IMG/VR virus record: IMGVR_UViG_3300021400_001778
Location: 8,923 to 72,922 of that record
From: a virus
Lineage: Duplodnaviria > Heunggongvirae > Uroviricota > Caudoviricetes
Length of the DNA stretch: 64,000 nt
Direction: 5' to 3' (one strand)
In this document: positions 1 through 8,949 of the stretch, piece after piece
Layout of the letters: every line of letters starts with the position of its first letter
How positions within the stretch are numbered: the stretch's first letter is position 1
The notes under the pieces: generated by a model
Seen by the model: only the letters and a program-made list of their open reading frames with translations
Database searches by the model: none
What the model was told of the DNA's origin: nothing
Program-made: the position numbers and the translations under genes

Positions 1-1863
1 CAGGTAATGCGTAAAGCCTTATACCACAATAACTAAGAAATTAAGTTATGAAGGTGCGAAAGCAGAAACAACATAAGGATGGCATATGGCAAAACCTAAG
101 TGCTTTTACAATCGCTGTTCTGTAGCGAAGTACCCTAACGTAATCCTTTCATCAAAAGGTAGTTAAGCCGAGGGTAAACGTTCAACGACTATTCCCATGT
201 AGGGATTCAGACATAGAGAATAATGGTGGAAATCCAGAATATCTGAATCAATAGAAGTACGGCGCAATCGCAAATGGCGTGGGAGAAAACCCCTTAAACG
301 GAAAAGGTGTTACTGCTACTCTAACGAGTGTGGTTAAGAAATAGTCTAATCCCGCATGAAAGTGCGGGTTTTATATCACATTAATAATGTAAATATTGAA
401 AAAGTATAATTATATAGATGCATGTAATGAATTTAAAAAACGAGGATATAAATTACTATCAACGGAAGATGAATATAAAAATGTATCTTCTAAATTAAAA
501 TATATATGTCCAAAACATGAAGAAAAAGGAGTGCAACAAATTTCGTTTGGTCATTTAAAAAGCGGAAAAGGTTGCTATTATTGTGGTAGGGAAAGAACTA
601 TATTATCTAAAAAAATTAAAATTGACAAGAATTATGATTCGCAATTAGCAAAAGAAAAGGGATTCGAATATATAGATTCTATTGATGAGAATGGGATATA
701 TTATATATATTTCATATGCGAAAAACATAGGGAATATGGGATTCAGAAAATGCGTAAAAGTAACATGAAGCGTAAATCTTGTGGCGGTTGTAAATATTGC
801 AATCCCGCTTCTTCTGGAGATTTTAAAAAGAGATATGACATTCAACAATTAAAAATATTAAATCCAAATATTGAGATACTTGAAGACTATGTACATTCTA
901 CAGATAGAGTTCAATGTTTATGTAGAGTACATAATGTTATTCACACAAAAACCATTAACGACATAATATCTGGCAAAGGGTGCATAAAATGTGGTATCGA
1001 AAAGAATTTGGAAAAATTAACGTTGACTAATGAAGAGGTAGAAGCAAGAGTACATATATTAAATAGTCATGTTAGTCTCATAAAATATAAAGGATATTCG
1101 AATTCTGAAAGTGTATGGTATTGTAATAAACATGACGCGACATTTAATAAAACGTTTTCTACGTTATGTAATTGTAAAAGCGGTTGTGCTTTATGTTATT
1201 TCGAAAACGTCTCAAATAGATGTACAATAAATATAAATGAAGCGAATAGAATTATACAAAACAAATTTCCATCTTTGTCTATCATAAACGATGGAAGTTA
1301 TGTAAATTTTTCAACTCACGCTAATTTTTATTGTTCTTTGCATGATTATTATTTTACATTAGCACCAGTTAGCATTGTACATAATAGAGTTTCTTGTTGT
1401 AGAAAAAGCAATGTTACGCATAAATCTGAGTTAATGTGTACGTTTTTAGAATCATTGGGATTAATTATAGAACGTGAAAAAACATTTAAAGATTGCAAAG
1501 ATACTTATACCCTACCTTTTGATTGTTATATACCAGAATATAATATAATAATTGAATATGATGGAGAACAACATTTTAAACCAGTTAGATTTAGTAATAA
1601 AGAATCCTATCAAGAGTCTTTATTAAAATTAGAATATACAAAAAAGCATGATAAAATGAAAAATAATTATTGTAAAAGAAACCAAATAGATATTATAAGA
1701 GTTCCGTATTATGTAGATAATATGGAACTTTTTTTAATACAAAATTTAAAAAATTTAGGAGTTAAAGTGTGATATAAAATGCGGAATTTGCGACTCCGCA
1801 AAATAACAATGTGCTATTATAGAACAAGTCGCGGGCAAGCGTGGTGCTTCATTCTTCTCGTCA
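1..1863 (+). mobile_element. Group I intron, 5' end outside the window, carrying a homing-endonuclease ORF in a peripheral (P9-side) position; 3' splice site lies somewhere in 1807-1863
   Basis: ORF-free structured region 1-395 contains the group I R-like element gttcaacgactat (180-192) and the S-like element aagaaatagtc (337-347), giving P7 pairing gactat/atagtc; stable hairpin cccgcatgaaagtgcggg at 345-372; the downstream tail-gene reading frame is open from 1807, upstream of the first ATG at 1864. Confidence 0.6.
396..1772 (+). CDS. Intron-encoded homing endonuclease: five tandem ~45-aa Cys/His modules (CxxH...GxGCxxCG) plus a C-terminal Vsr/DUF559-like (EDxHD-type) PD-(D/E)xK nuclease domain
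   Basis: Repeats YICPKHEE...GKGCYYCG, FICEKHRE...CGGCKYCN, CLCRVHNV...GKGCIKCG, WYCNKHDA...CKSGCALCY and FYCSLHDY...; C-terminus ...PFDCYIPEYNIIIEYDGEQHF...KKHDK resembles the vvEvDGxxH core of Vsr-like nucleases. Confidence 0.55.
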   Translation: MKKYNYIDACNEFKKRGYKLLSTEDEYKNVSSKLKYICPKHEEKGVQQISFGHLKSGKGCYYCGRERTILSKKIKIDKNYDSQLAKEKGFEYIDSIDENGIYYIYFICEKHREYGIQKMRKSNMKRKSCGGCKYCNPASSGDFKKRYDIQQLKILNPNIEILEDYVHSTDRVQCLCRVHNVIHTKTINDIISGKGCIKCGIEKNLEKLTLTNEEVEARVHILNSHVSLIKYKGYSNSESVWYCNKHDATFNKTFSTLCNCKSGCALCYFENVSNRCTININEANRIIQNKFPSLSIINDGSYVNFSTHANFYCSLHDYYFTLAPVSIVHNRVSCCRKSNVTHKSELMCTFLESLGLIIEREKTFKDCKDTYTLPFDCYIPEYNIIIEYDGEQHFKPVRFSNKESYQESLLKLEYTKKHDKMKNNYCKRNQIDIIRVPYYVDNMELFLIQNLKNLGVKV

Positions 1864-4800
1864 ATGATGACAAACTGGAAGGATGCGGAAGATGCTTACG
1901 CGGCGGCTATGAATTCTGCGGGTTCAGCAGAAAAAGAAAATCAATCGTTCCTTAACTCTATCGCGGGTAAACAGGCACAGTTTAAATCAGCGTTCGAATC
2001 ATTGTCGAATGATGTAATCAATAGTGACCTTGTTAAGTTCGGCGTTGATATGGGAACTATGATGGTTAAAGGACTTGACGGTGTTATTAATGCGACTGGT
2101 GGCGGATTAGGCACTGTTATTCTCGGCGGATTAGGTACAACTGCCATTAAGGGCGCGGGCGTATTTACAAAGAAATTTACAGAAGGACTCGGCAAAGAGA
2201 AGTTCGGCGAAGTAGTTGCGGAATATGGTAAGATTGGAACAGCAAAAATGATGGGAGAATCTTTGCTGTCCGCAACAAAAGGATTGGGAATGTTGCTACC
2301 CGCGATGGGAATAACAGCGGGTGTTGCAACTGCCGCGGCTGTCGCATTTAAATTATGGGACGATAATACTGAGCAATTAACAGAAGCGCAACAAAAATTA
2401 TCTAATAGTTTAACAAATAGTAATGCCGCAAGAAAGCAAGTTGAGGATATCACTTCTCAAATTGCAAAAAATCAAGAAGAAATTAAATCAATCGAGCAAG
2501 GCGGAGTTTCTTCTGTTGGCGAGGCTTCAAGAGTTGAGCAATTAAAAAATGAAAACGCACAACTTGGAACAAAGTTAACTTATCAAAAAACAATAGCAGA
2601 TGTTGAAGCTAAGAGTGCCGCTGAATCAGCAAGACGCGCAATTAGTATGGATAATGCATATATGCGCAATGGTGTTTCAACAAGTACGTTAACTGGTAAA
2701 ATTGGTCTCGCAATAAATACATTAGCAGGTCAAGGACATAGTAAAGGTATTTATATGTCCGAGGCGGAACACTTAGACCAAGTTACTGATAATTATATAA
2801 AAACTCAGGATGAACTCAATGCCGCTATGGAAAGCGGTAATCAAGAAACAGTTTCGAAGCTACAAGATGAATTAGTAGACTTAAATAAGGAATATTCTGA
2901 AGGATTAAGCCAACAATACGAATATCTTGACGCTTTTACGGATAAATCTACAGGTAAAGCATTATCTGGTTTCGAGAAGGAATATCAAAGTGCAAGAAAT
3001 CAGATAAATAAAATGCTTAGACCAACGATGGGTGATGACCAATTCCTCAATACTATCCTCGGTTATGGTGAATACGAGGGTGTCGCAGAAGAACTCACAA
3101 ATATGGCTTTAAATGGTGGGTTCAGCAAAGGGTGGGAAAACTCAACACAAAGTATTAGAGATTTTGTGAATGAAGTCAATGCCTCTGGAATGGATAACGC
3201 CGCTAATAAAATTAAGAATCTTTTCACTGGAATTGCAAACGGTTCAACAGATGGGTCTGTTGCTCTTGCGCTTGTGGAAGATAATTTTGAAAGCGTAACC
3301 GAAAGTATAAATGATTTTGAAAATAGATTTTCTAATACTGCGGCGGCGGCAAAAGGCGGATTTTCTTCAAAGGGATTGTCGTTTGGCGAAAAGGGTATTT
3401 TAGGTAGTAGGTATGATTCTGCTATTCAAACAACCGCGAACGGATTTAGATTGAATTATTCAGAATTTGCTAAAAATAGGGCAAGTTCAATTTCTCGTCA
3501 AAGAGCCGATAATCAAGCTGATATAAAACAACTTCAATCATACGGAGATAGTTTAGCGAAATCATATCAAAACATTCAAGATAAAATTGCAAAAGCAAAT
3601 TCGCGTGATGCAAGGCAAGGCGGTTTAGGTGCTGAAAGTATTAGTGAATTAAAATCACAAGCGGCGCAATATGCGCAAGCTATAAAAACCGTTCAAGCAA
3701 GTATAGGAAACTTAAACGATGCGCAGATAGAATTATCTGGTTTAGGTTCTAAATTAAATACATATCTTGATACAGCAAGCGGTGATTATGAATCAACTAA
3801 GAATCTCGATGCAGTTGCCGCATCGTTCGCAAACTTAAAAGAAGAAGTCGATAGAGGTTGGACGAGCGGCGCTCAGGCAAGAGCGTTTACGGACGCTTGG
3901 ACTTACGCGGATATGACAAAAGCAAGTAATCAAGAGATTGCGGATTCTTATGCCGAAGCAGAAGCTAACTACAAAAAGTTCTATGATGTAACACAAAACG
4001 AACGCAGCGGAAAATGGGAATCTGAAATAAATGGCACTAAAATTCTTTCTGAACTTAACAGCGCGGGAGAATCTTTAGGAAAAACTTTTGTTGGTGCTAA
4101 TAAAGATATTAAAATGTCCTCGGAAGATATTGCTAATGTTGCTAAAGTTTGGGGTGTATCAGAATCAATGGCATCTGAACTTGTCGGAGCATTAGATGGA
4201 TTCGAAGGGCATTCTGTAGAAATATCGAGAGTTGGCAAATCCTATGACCAATTAATGCAGTCTATCGGCGGTGCAGATGAAGCGTTACAGAAATATGGTG
4301 ACGGCATCGAAACCGTTGATAAAATATCTAAATCCACAGAAAGTCTGGCGAACCATCTTAATGATGTGCAAGAAGCCCGACATGCGGCATCTCAATCAGA
4401 TGATATTGATAGTTTCAACGCTTTAAACGCCGAACTTGCAAAAACCGCGAAACTCGCGGCACGAGTTGAAGAGCGCAATGGGTTTGAGAATAATCTTATG
4501 AACTTCAATGCTTCTGATTCTTCTTCAATGGATTTTAAGAATAGAATTGAATTACTTAAAGATGCGCAAGAAGCTGTTGAGGACTTAAATTATACTAAAA
4601 CCGTAGATAAATATGCCCCCGGAATGCTTGGCGTAGATGCTGTTAGCACGGCAGAAGGAGCTGTTGATAGCGCAAATCATGCTATCGCGCAATATATTTC
4701 AGAAAATGGATTAGCTTCAGACCTCGAAGGGTTAAGCCCAGACGCCACGCAAGAGGAAATAGCTGATTATATATCTGGTATGGAAATCAGCGACTTAGCA

Positions 4801-7800
4801 CCGAAATTAGGTATAGATTTAAGTAATGCGGAAGTTTCTGGTACTGATAACATGGCGGCAACAATAGCCGAACAAGCTAACGCTTCTGTCGCGTCAATGA
4901 TAGAAAACGCTAATGCGGTTACCGAAGCATTACAAAGCAACGGTGGATTAGAAGGTCAAAACTATTCTCTTATGATGAATAGTGATGGTAGTTTTGGAAT
5001 TCAGATTACGCCGCATGTAGACGAAGCGGCACTTGCAGAAAGTACATCAAGAGGTATTTCGCAAGGCGCAAACAGTGAAGAAGTAACTGAATCTGTTGGC
5101 AAAGGTATTTCAAGTGGTGTCGATAAAGGAACGGAACAATACGGCAAGAAACTTGGAGAGATTCACGCTGACGAACAGTTCAGTATGGGCGGTAGACCAG
5201 AACTCGGAGAAGCCGTAACTGTCGAAGCCGATGTTAAAGCAAAGGGTGATATAGACACATCTGGCATAAATCCAGAAATTGAAGCTAATGTTACGGCAAA
5301 TGAAGTGGAAATGCCAGAGGATAGCGAAGCACAAGTAAATGTAAATGCCGTTGCCGATAACGTAGAAGTTCCGCAAGGTGACGCGGGTACAGTAAACGTG
5401 AATGCTGTAGCAGATAATGTTGAAGTTCCGCAAGGTGACGCGGGTACGGTTAATGTTGACGCTGTTGCGGATAACGTAGAAGTGCCAGACGAAGCGGGTT
5501 CTGTAAGTGTTTCTGTTGAAGCGGAAGAACCGCCAGAATATCCAGACCAAAATCCGAAAGTCACATACGGTATTAATGCACCGCCCGCACCAGTGTATCC
5601 AGACCAAAATCCATCTGTTAATTATCATATTAACGCTCCTTCTCCGCCCTCTTATCCCAATATTAGTAGGACGGTAACGTATCATATAAATACTGTTGGT
5701 TCAGCACCAAAGTATAATGGAACTGCTAATTATAACGGTACTGCACATTTTGGCGGCACAGCTTATGCAAGCGGAAATTGGGGGACAAAGAAAAAAGAAA
5801 CTGCTCTTGTTGGCGAGTTAGGAATGGAAACCGTTGTTTACGGCGGTAAGTTCTGGACTGTTGGCGATAAAGGCGCGGAATTTACGAGTATCCCTAAAGG
5901 TGCGATAGTATTCAACCATAAACAAACAGAAGAATTATTCAAGAACGGAAAAGTTCTTTCTGGTGGCGGAAGGGGTAATATAGCACATGCGAATGGCACA
6001 GCTTACGCTTCTGGTACTGCTCTCGCGTCTGGAAATACTGATTACGATTTTGCCGCAATAAAAATTGACCGTCTTAATGACGAAATTAGCTTACTCGCTG
6101 ATACTATGGAACTCTTTGAAAAGTATACGGAATCTAATGCATATGCTCAAAAAGAGTTGGCAAAAGTACATGAAGCAATTCTTGCGAATGAGCAAGCGTA
6201 TGCTTATTACCTTGATAAAGCTAATCAAGTTGGGCTTGACGAGGGGCATGTTGAAAAAGTCAAAAATGGCACAATAGAAATTGAATCTATTGGCGATGAA
6301 GATTTAAAAAAGAAAGTTGATGATTATAAGAAGTGGTATGAGGCGGCTCAAAATACTCAAAGTGCAATTGTAAAACTTAAAAAGGAATTGCAAGAAATAT
6401 CAAAAATAAAACTTGATAATATAGAGAAGCAATTCCAGTGGTGGGAAGATTGGCGCGAAGCAGTACAAGAAAGAAATCAAACAGCTAATGATTTATATAA
6501 AGAATTAAATAGCCGCGACAATTTAGATAGAGTAACTACCGATATAGACCATTATGTAAGTTTAATTGCTGAGAATGAACAAAGAATAAAAACAATAGGG
6601 AAAGAACGCGACGCGCAAGTTGCGAACGGTGAAATTTTAAAATATTCTCAAGCATGGTATGAAGCATCTCAACGTTGTGTTGAAGCGCAAATAGAAATTA
6701 ATGAAGCTAAATTAAAAATAGAAGAACTTAATAATACCATAAAGGAAACTAATTGGAAGAATTTTGATAATTTATTATCAAAGTATGATTCGCTCAGAAA
6801 CGAAATTGATACTACTTACGACTTGGTTAGTGATATGAATCCATTTAGGGATGATGCTACCATGAACACAAATGGTAAAGGACAACTTGCCATGTTGCAA
6901 AGTTCTATGCAAATAGCTAAACAAGAAGTTAAAAACTACGAAATAGCTTATTCCGCTTTAAATAAAGAATTGAAAAAAGGAATAATTTCGCAAGACGAAT
7001 ATAATGAACAATTATATGATTTGCGAAAAGACCAGTTAGATGCGGTGCAATCTGTAAAGAAATACCGCGATGCAATTCTTGATTTAGTTAAAGATGGTAT
7101 AGAAAAGGAAACTGAGGCTTTTGAAAAACTTGTTACTGCCCGTCAAGATAATCTCCAAAAGCAAAAGGAAGCTGACGATTACGCGCGGAATATTCGAGAT
7201 AAAACAAAGGATATTAACGCTATCGAGGCTCAAATTGCCGCTTTATCTGGCGATGAATCTCTTGCAACTCGCGCTCAAATTAGAGATTTAGAAGCAAAAC
7301 TTCAAGAGGCACAACAGGATTTAGACGATACGCGGCGAGACCACGAGTATGACACAATGTCTAAAGCGTATGATAAAGAACTTGAAGATTTTAAAAAGAT
7401 TCAAGACGAAAAGATAAATGATTTAGAAACATATCTTGCATCACAAAAGACAGCTATCAATGACGCATTAACATTCATACGTGACGATTATAAAAATACT
7501 TATGACAGAATGAGTAGTATCGCTAAATCGTATGGAATAACACTTAATAATAGCATCTTAAATCCGTGGACTTCTGCGGCTAAAGCGGTAAAGGCTTACA
7601 ATAATGCTATATCAAATATTAAATCTGCTAATGTAAAAATTAAAACAAATAATTTCAAAGGTCAAGCAAAGAGCAAAAAGGCTCGCGGTACTTTTAATGC
7701 TTCTCAAGGATTAACGCTTACAGACGAAGAAGGTTTAGAGGCAATTTTAACCAAGGACGGTGTGTTGAGACAGCTTGATTCTGGCGATACAGTATTTAAT

Positions 7801-8055
7801 GCGCAACAACGCGAAATGCTTTGGAAAATAAGTAAAATGTCGCCATCGACATTAATTAGAAAGCCTAATATCGCGGCAAATATTAATTCTGGTAAGGGAA
7901 TGAACGGAGATATTAATATTAATTACGATATCACTGTAGAAGGTAATGCGGATAATAACACGGTTGCTGATATTGAAGATATTTGTAAACGTGCGGCGGA
8001 ATACACAAAGAGCGATATGATTAAATCATTTAGAAAAATTGGTATTGCAATGTAA
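1864..8055 (+). CDS. Tail tape-measure protein, 2063 aa from the first ATG; the frame is open from 1807, so this may be exon 2 of an intron-split gene
   Basis: Very long coiled-coil and Gly/Ala-rich ORF located before the distal-tail and tail-fibre genes; internal tandem peptide repeats; in-frame open region 1807-1863. Confidence 0.7.
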   Translation: MMTNWKDAEDAYAAAMNSAGSAEKENQSFLNSIAGKQAQFKSAFESLSNDVINSDLVKFGVDMGTMMVKGLDGVINATGGGLGTVILGGLGTTAIKGAGVFTKKFTEGLGKEKFGEVVAEYGKIGTAKMMGESLLSATKGLGMLLPAMGITAGVATAAAVAFKLWDDNTEQLTEAQQKLSNSLTNSNAARKQVEDITSQIAKNQEEIKSIEQGGVSSVGEASRVEQLKNENAQLGTKLTYQKTIADVEAKSAAESARRAISMDNAYMRNGVSTSTLTGKIGLAINTLAGQGHSKGIYMSEAEHLDQVTDNYIKTQDELNAAMESGNQETVSKLQDELVDLNKEYSEGLSQQYEYLDAFTDKSTGKALSGFEKEYQSARNQINKMLRPTMGDDQFLNTILGYGEYEGVAEELTNMALNGGFSKGWENSTQSIRDFVNEVNASGMDNAANKIKNLFTGIANGSTDGSVALALVEDNFESVTESINDFENRFSNTAAAAKGGFSSKGLSFGEKGILGSRYDSAIQTTANGFRLNYSEFAKNRASSISRQRADNQADIKQLQSYGDSLAKSYQNIQDKIAKANSRDARQGGLGAESISELKSQAAQYAQAIKTVQASIGNLNDAQIELSGLGSKLNTYLDTASGDYESTKNLDAVAASFANLKEEVDRGWTSGAQARAFTDAWTYADMTKASNQEIADSYAEAEANYKKFYDVTQNERSGKWESEINGTKILSELNSAGESLGKTFVGANKDIKMSSEDIANVAKVWGVSESMASELVGALDGFEGHSVEISRVGKSYDQLMQSIGGADEALQKYGDGIETVDKISKSTESLANHLNDVQEARHAASQSDDIDSFNALNAELAKTAKLAARVEERNGFENNLMNFNASDSSSMDFKNRIELLKDAQEAVEDLNYTKTVDKYAPGMLGVDAVSTAEGAVDSANHAIAQYISENGLASDLEGLSPDATQEEIADYISGMEISDLAPKLGIDLSNAEVSGTDNMAATIAEQANASVASMIENANAVTEALQSNGGLEGQNYSLMMNSDGSFGIQITPHVDEAALAESTSRGISQGANSEEVTESVGKGISSGVDKGTEQYGKKLGEIHADEQFSMGGRPELGEAVTVEADVKAKGDIDTSGINPEIEANVTANEVEMPEDSEAQVNVNAVADNVEVPQGDAGTVNVNAVADNVEVPQGDAGTVNVDAVADNVEVPDEAGSVSVSVEAEEPPEYPDQNPKVTYGINAPPAPVYPDQNPSVNYHINAPSPPSYPNISRTVTYHINTVGSAPKYNGTANYNGTAHFGGTAYASGNWGTKKKETALVGELGMETVVYGGKFWTVGDKGAEFTSIPKGAIVFNHKQTEELFKNGKVLSGGGRGNIAHANGTAYASGTALASGNTDYDFAAIKIDRLNDEISLLADTMELFEKYTESNAYAQKELAKVHEAILANEQAYAYYLDKANQVGLDEGHVEKVKNGTIEIESIGDEDLKKKVDDYKKWYEAAQNTQSAIVKLKKELQEISKIKLDNIEKQFQWWEDWREAVQERNQTANDLYKELNSRDNLDRVTTDIDHYVSLIAENEQRIKTIGKERDAQVANGEILKYSQAWYEASQRCVEAQIEINEAKLKIEELNNTIKETNWKNFDNLLSKYDSLRNEIDTTYDLVSDMNPFRDDATMNTNGKGQLAMLQSSMQIAKQEVKNYEIAYSALNKELKKGIISQDEYNEQLYDLRKDQLDAVQSVKKYRDAILDLVKDGIEKETEAFEKLVTARQDNLQKQKEADDYARNIRDKTKDINAIEAQIAALSGDESLATRAQIRDLEAKLQEAQQDLDDTRRDHEYDTMSKAYDKELEDFKKIQDEKINDLETYLASQKTAINDALTFIRDDYKNTYDRMSSIAKSYGITLNNSILNPWTSAAKAVKAYNNAISNIKSANVKIKTNNFKGQAKSKKARGTFNASQGLTLTDEEGLEAILTKDGVLRQLDSGDTVFNAQQREMLWKISKMSPSTLIRKPNIAANINSGKGMNGDININYDITVEGNADNNTVADIEDICKRAAEYTKSDMIKSFRKIGIAM
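5330..5650 (+). repeat. In-frame tandem repeats inside the tape-measure gene: 3 x 57 nt (NVNAVADNVEVPQGDAGTV) followed by 2-3 x YPDQNPxVxYxINAP units
   Basis: Direct repetition visible in both DNA and the translated protein. Confidence 0.7.
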
Positions 8056-8062
8056 ATATATT

Positions 8063-8092
8063 TGGGGAGGGTTACTACTCTCCCCTTTTTAT
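8063..8092 (+). terminator. Hairpin followed by a T-run directly after the tape-measure stop (possible partial terminator or attenuator inside the tail operon)
   Basis: ggggagggttactactctcccc followed by ttttt. Confidence 0.4.
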
Positions 8093-8109
8093 TATGGAGG
8101 AAAATAATA

Positions 8110-8934
8110 ATGACGGTGCAAGCTAAAGATTTTATGTTTAACGGTGTATTGTTATCAAGTTTAAATAATGATTATGAACTTGTTTCATTCGATACTTCAC
8201 CGTCAGACACAAGTGTGGGCTTTATGGATAATAAAGTCGAAATGAGCGATATAAATTATAATTCACCAGTCGTTCATTTTTATCATTCAACTGCAAAAGA
8301 TACGTTGCAATTCGATATTATGATATCGAAAAGGAATGGTAAATATTTAACACAATCAGAAATCCGCGAATTATCTGGTTGGTTAACAAGTCCTATCTCT
8401 CCTAAAGTTTTATCGTTTGTTAAATATAAAAGAGATGATGGGACGGCGGTTTATGAAGATTTAGAATATATAGGCGTGTTTAATAAAGCAGAATATTCTG
8501 AAATGGGACAAGTACAAAAAATGGGTGTAGGTTTTAGCTTCACGAATATATCTGCATTTGCTTTTACGAAAGAAAGTGAAGTGAATGTAAATAATACGTT
8601 GGAAGATAAAACTATTATTATATCAAGCGATGGAACTGCAACTGGATTACCAATATATCCCGTTATAGAGATAATGCCGACAGAAGATGGTACAGTTTTT
8701 ATTACGAATCTTTCTAATAAAAATGATACTGGTTTTGGAGTAAACGTCAAAAATGGGGAAAAAATAGTAATTAAAGATTTTAATGTATTTTCTGATGATG
8801 GCAGTTTATACAGCTTTGACAATTTAACAAGTTTAATGTTCCCATACTTAATTGACGGAGATAATGAAATTAAAATACAAGGCAGATGTACTTGTAAATT
8901 TATTTATAGATTTTTAGAAAATATAGGTGTTTAA
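8110..8934 (+). CDS. Distal tail protein (Dit)-like structural protein; the ATG at 8110 is preferred over the longer ORF starting at 8062
   Basis: Position immediately after the tape-measure gene; ggagg ribosome-binding site at 8095-8099 precedes the ATG at 8110. Confidence 0.45.
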   Translation: MTVQAKDFMFNGVLLSSLNNDYELVSFDTSPSDTSVGFMDNKVEMSDINYNSPVVHFYHSTAKDTLQFDIMISKRNGKYLTQSEIRELSGWLTSPISPKVLSFVKYKRDDGTAVYEDLEYIGVFNKAEYSEMGQVQKMGVGFSFTNISAFAFTKESEVNVNNTLEDKTIIISSDGTATGLPIYPVIEIMPTEDGTVFITNLSNKNDTGFGVNVKNGEKIVIKDFNVFSDDGSLYSFDNLTSLMFPYLIDGDNEIKIQGRCTCKFIYRFLENIGV

Positions 8935-8949
8935 GGAGGTGTTTTATAA

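Noticed and set aside
1864-1866. ATG at 1864 as the true tape-measure start codon
   Set aside because: The frame is open from 1807 and the N-terminus looks internal; kept only as the annotated ORF coordinate. A genuine start here cannot be excluded without the upstream sequence.
1941-2453. Minus-strand ORFs inside the tape-measure gene (1941-2453, 3981-4238, 5110-5685, 5163-5564) and the plus-strand ORF 6065-6277
   Set aside because: Embedded in or antisense to a 2063-aa gene, with repetitive low-complexity translations; shadows of the tape-measure coding sequence.
5330-5480. Possible CRISPR array suggested by regular direct repeats
   Set aside because: Repeats are 57 nt with no unique spacers and are in-frame inside a protein-coding gene; no cas genes are adjacent.
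8062-8109. Longer N-terminus (MGRVTTLPFLLWRKII) for the Dit-like gene
   Set aside because: It overlaps the post-tape-measure hairpin terminator and lacks a ribosome-binding site; the ATG at 8110 has a ggagg site 11 nt upstream.
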